A program made the position numbers and the translations under genes. A model generated the notes under the pieces. That model did not search any database. It had not been told where the DNA came from and was given only the letters and a program-made list of their open reading frames with translations. Positions 62,418 through 64,000 of a stretch of 64,000 bases of DNA are shown here, in pieces; the first letter of the stretch is position 1; the number at the start of each line of letters is the position of its first letter. Origin of the DNA: Chiloscyllium plagiosum (taxonomy: Eukaryota); contig NC_057720.1 in NCBI RefSeq assembly GCF_004010195.1, forward strand, positions 34,325,453 through 34,389,452, given 5' to 3'.

Positions 62418-64000
62418 TGTCATAGAGTCAAAGAGATGTATAGCACGGAAACAGACATTCGGTCCAACTTGTCCATGCCAATGAGATATCCCAAACCAAT
62501 CTGGTCCCACCTGCCAGCACCTGGCCCATATCCCTCCAAACCCTTCCTATTCATATACCCATCCAGATGCCATTAAATGTTGCAATTGTTCTAGGCTCCA
62601 CGACTTTCTCAGGCAGATCATTCCATACACATACCACCCTCTGTGTGAAAAAGTTGCCCCTTATGTCTCTTTTATATATTTCCCCTCTTATCCTAAACCA
62701 ATGCCCTCTAGTTCTGGACTCGCACACCCCAGGGAAAAGACTTTGTCCATATATTCTCTCCATGCCCCACATAATTTATAAACCTCTATAAGGTAGCCCC
62801 TCAGCCTCCGACACTTCAGGGAAAACAGCCCAAGCCTGGTCAGCCTCTCCCTATAGATCAAATCCTCCAACTCTGGCAACAGCCTTGTAAATCTTTTCTG
62901 AACCCTTTCAAGTTTCACAACATCTTTCCAATAGGAAGGAGACCAGAATTGCATGCGATATTCCAACAGTGGCCTAACCAATGTCCTGTACATATGCAGC
63001 ATGACCTCCCAACTCCTGTACTCAATAGCCTGACGAATAAACGAAAGCACACCAAATGCCTTCTTCACTATCCGATCTACCTGCAACTCTACTTTCAAGA
63101 AGTAATGAACCTGCACTCCAAGGTCTCTTTGTTCAGCAACACTCCCTAGGACCTTAACATGAAGTGTATAAGTCCTGCTAAGATTTGCTTTCCCAAAATG
63201 CAGCACCTCGCATTTATCTAAATTTAAACTCAATCTGCCACTTCTCAGCCCATTGGCCCATCAGATCAAGATCTCGTTGTAATCTAAGGGAACCATCTTC
63301 GCTATTCACTACACCTCCAATTTTGGTGTCATCTGCAAATTTACTAACTGTACCTCTTATGCTCACAACCAAATCATTTATGTAAATGACAAAAAGTAGA
63401 GGACCCAGCACCGATCCTTGTGGCACTCCACTGGTCACAGGCCTCCAGTCTGAAAAACAACCCTCCACCACCACCCTTTGTCTTCTACCTTTGAGCCAGT
63501 TCTGTATCCAAATGGCGAGTTCTCCCTGTATTCTGTGAGATATAACCTTGCTAACCTGTCTCCCGTGGGAAACCATGACAAACGCCTTACTGAAGTCCAT
63601 ATAGATCACGTCTTCCACTCTGCCCCATTAATCCTCTTTGTTACTTCTTCAAAAAACTCAGTCAAGTTTGTGAGACATGATTTCTCACGCACAAAGCCAT
63701 GTTGTCTACCCCTAATCAGTCCTTGCCTTTCCAAATACATGTACATCCGGTCCCTCAGGATTCCCTCCAACAAATTGTCCACCACCGACATCAGACTCAC
63801 TGGTCTATAGTTCCCTGGCTTGTCCTTACCACCCTTCTTAAACAGTGGCACCACGTCTCAGTGGCACCTCCTGTCTCAGTAAATATCTCAGTAAGAGGCC
63901 CAGCAATCAATGCCCTAGCTTCCCACAGATCTTGGGTATACCTGATCAGGTCCTGGGGATTTACCCACTTTTGTGTGTTTCAAGACATCCAGCACTTCCT
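62418..64000 (-). mobile_element. HER1-like CR1 LINE, RT to 3' end (runs off the window)
   Basis: Minus ORFs 63606-63854, 63214-63618, 62688-63233 and 62551-62772 with the RT motifs. Confidence 0.96.

Noticed and set aside
62688..63854. Reverse transcriptase ORFs as an active or domesticated gene
   Set aside because: Split by frameshifts into several pieces; an ordinary CR1 copy

Overview
Eukaryotic, repeat-rich non-coding DNA from a cartilaginous fish. The HE1 SINE / HER1-type CR1 LINE repertoire points to a shark; the species cannot be fixed from sequence alone. I cannot support any intact host protein-coding gene: the recognisable ORFs are broken retroelement or transposon fragments (CR1 esterase ORF1, endonuclease and RT; Rex1 RT; a Penelope GIY-YIG C-terminus; Harbinger Myb-like protein). 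The most interesting signal is a set of about a dozen Penelope-like element (PLE)-derived insertions from three sequence families. All three carry the same minimal hammerhead-ribozyme core (CTGANGA-A-stemII-GAAA-NN-TH) with covarying stems. Several copies are palindromic, are flanked by 12-17 bp target-site duplications, and one has an inverted copy of its own target site. Also present: two Harbinger-like relics, a degenerate ~30-bp minisatellite split by a LINE, local tandem duplications, a pre-miRNA-sized hairpin, a repeat-poor block (37.5-43.3 kb) with candidate regulatory motifs, and two assembly gaps. Element boundaries are approximate unless exact motifs are quoted.
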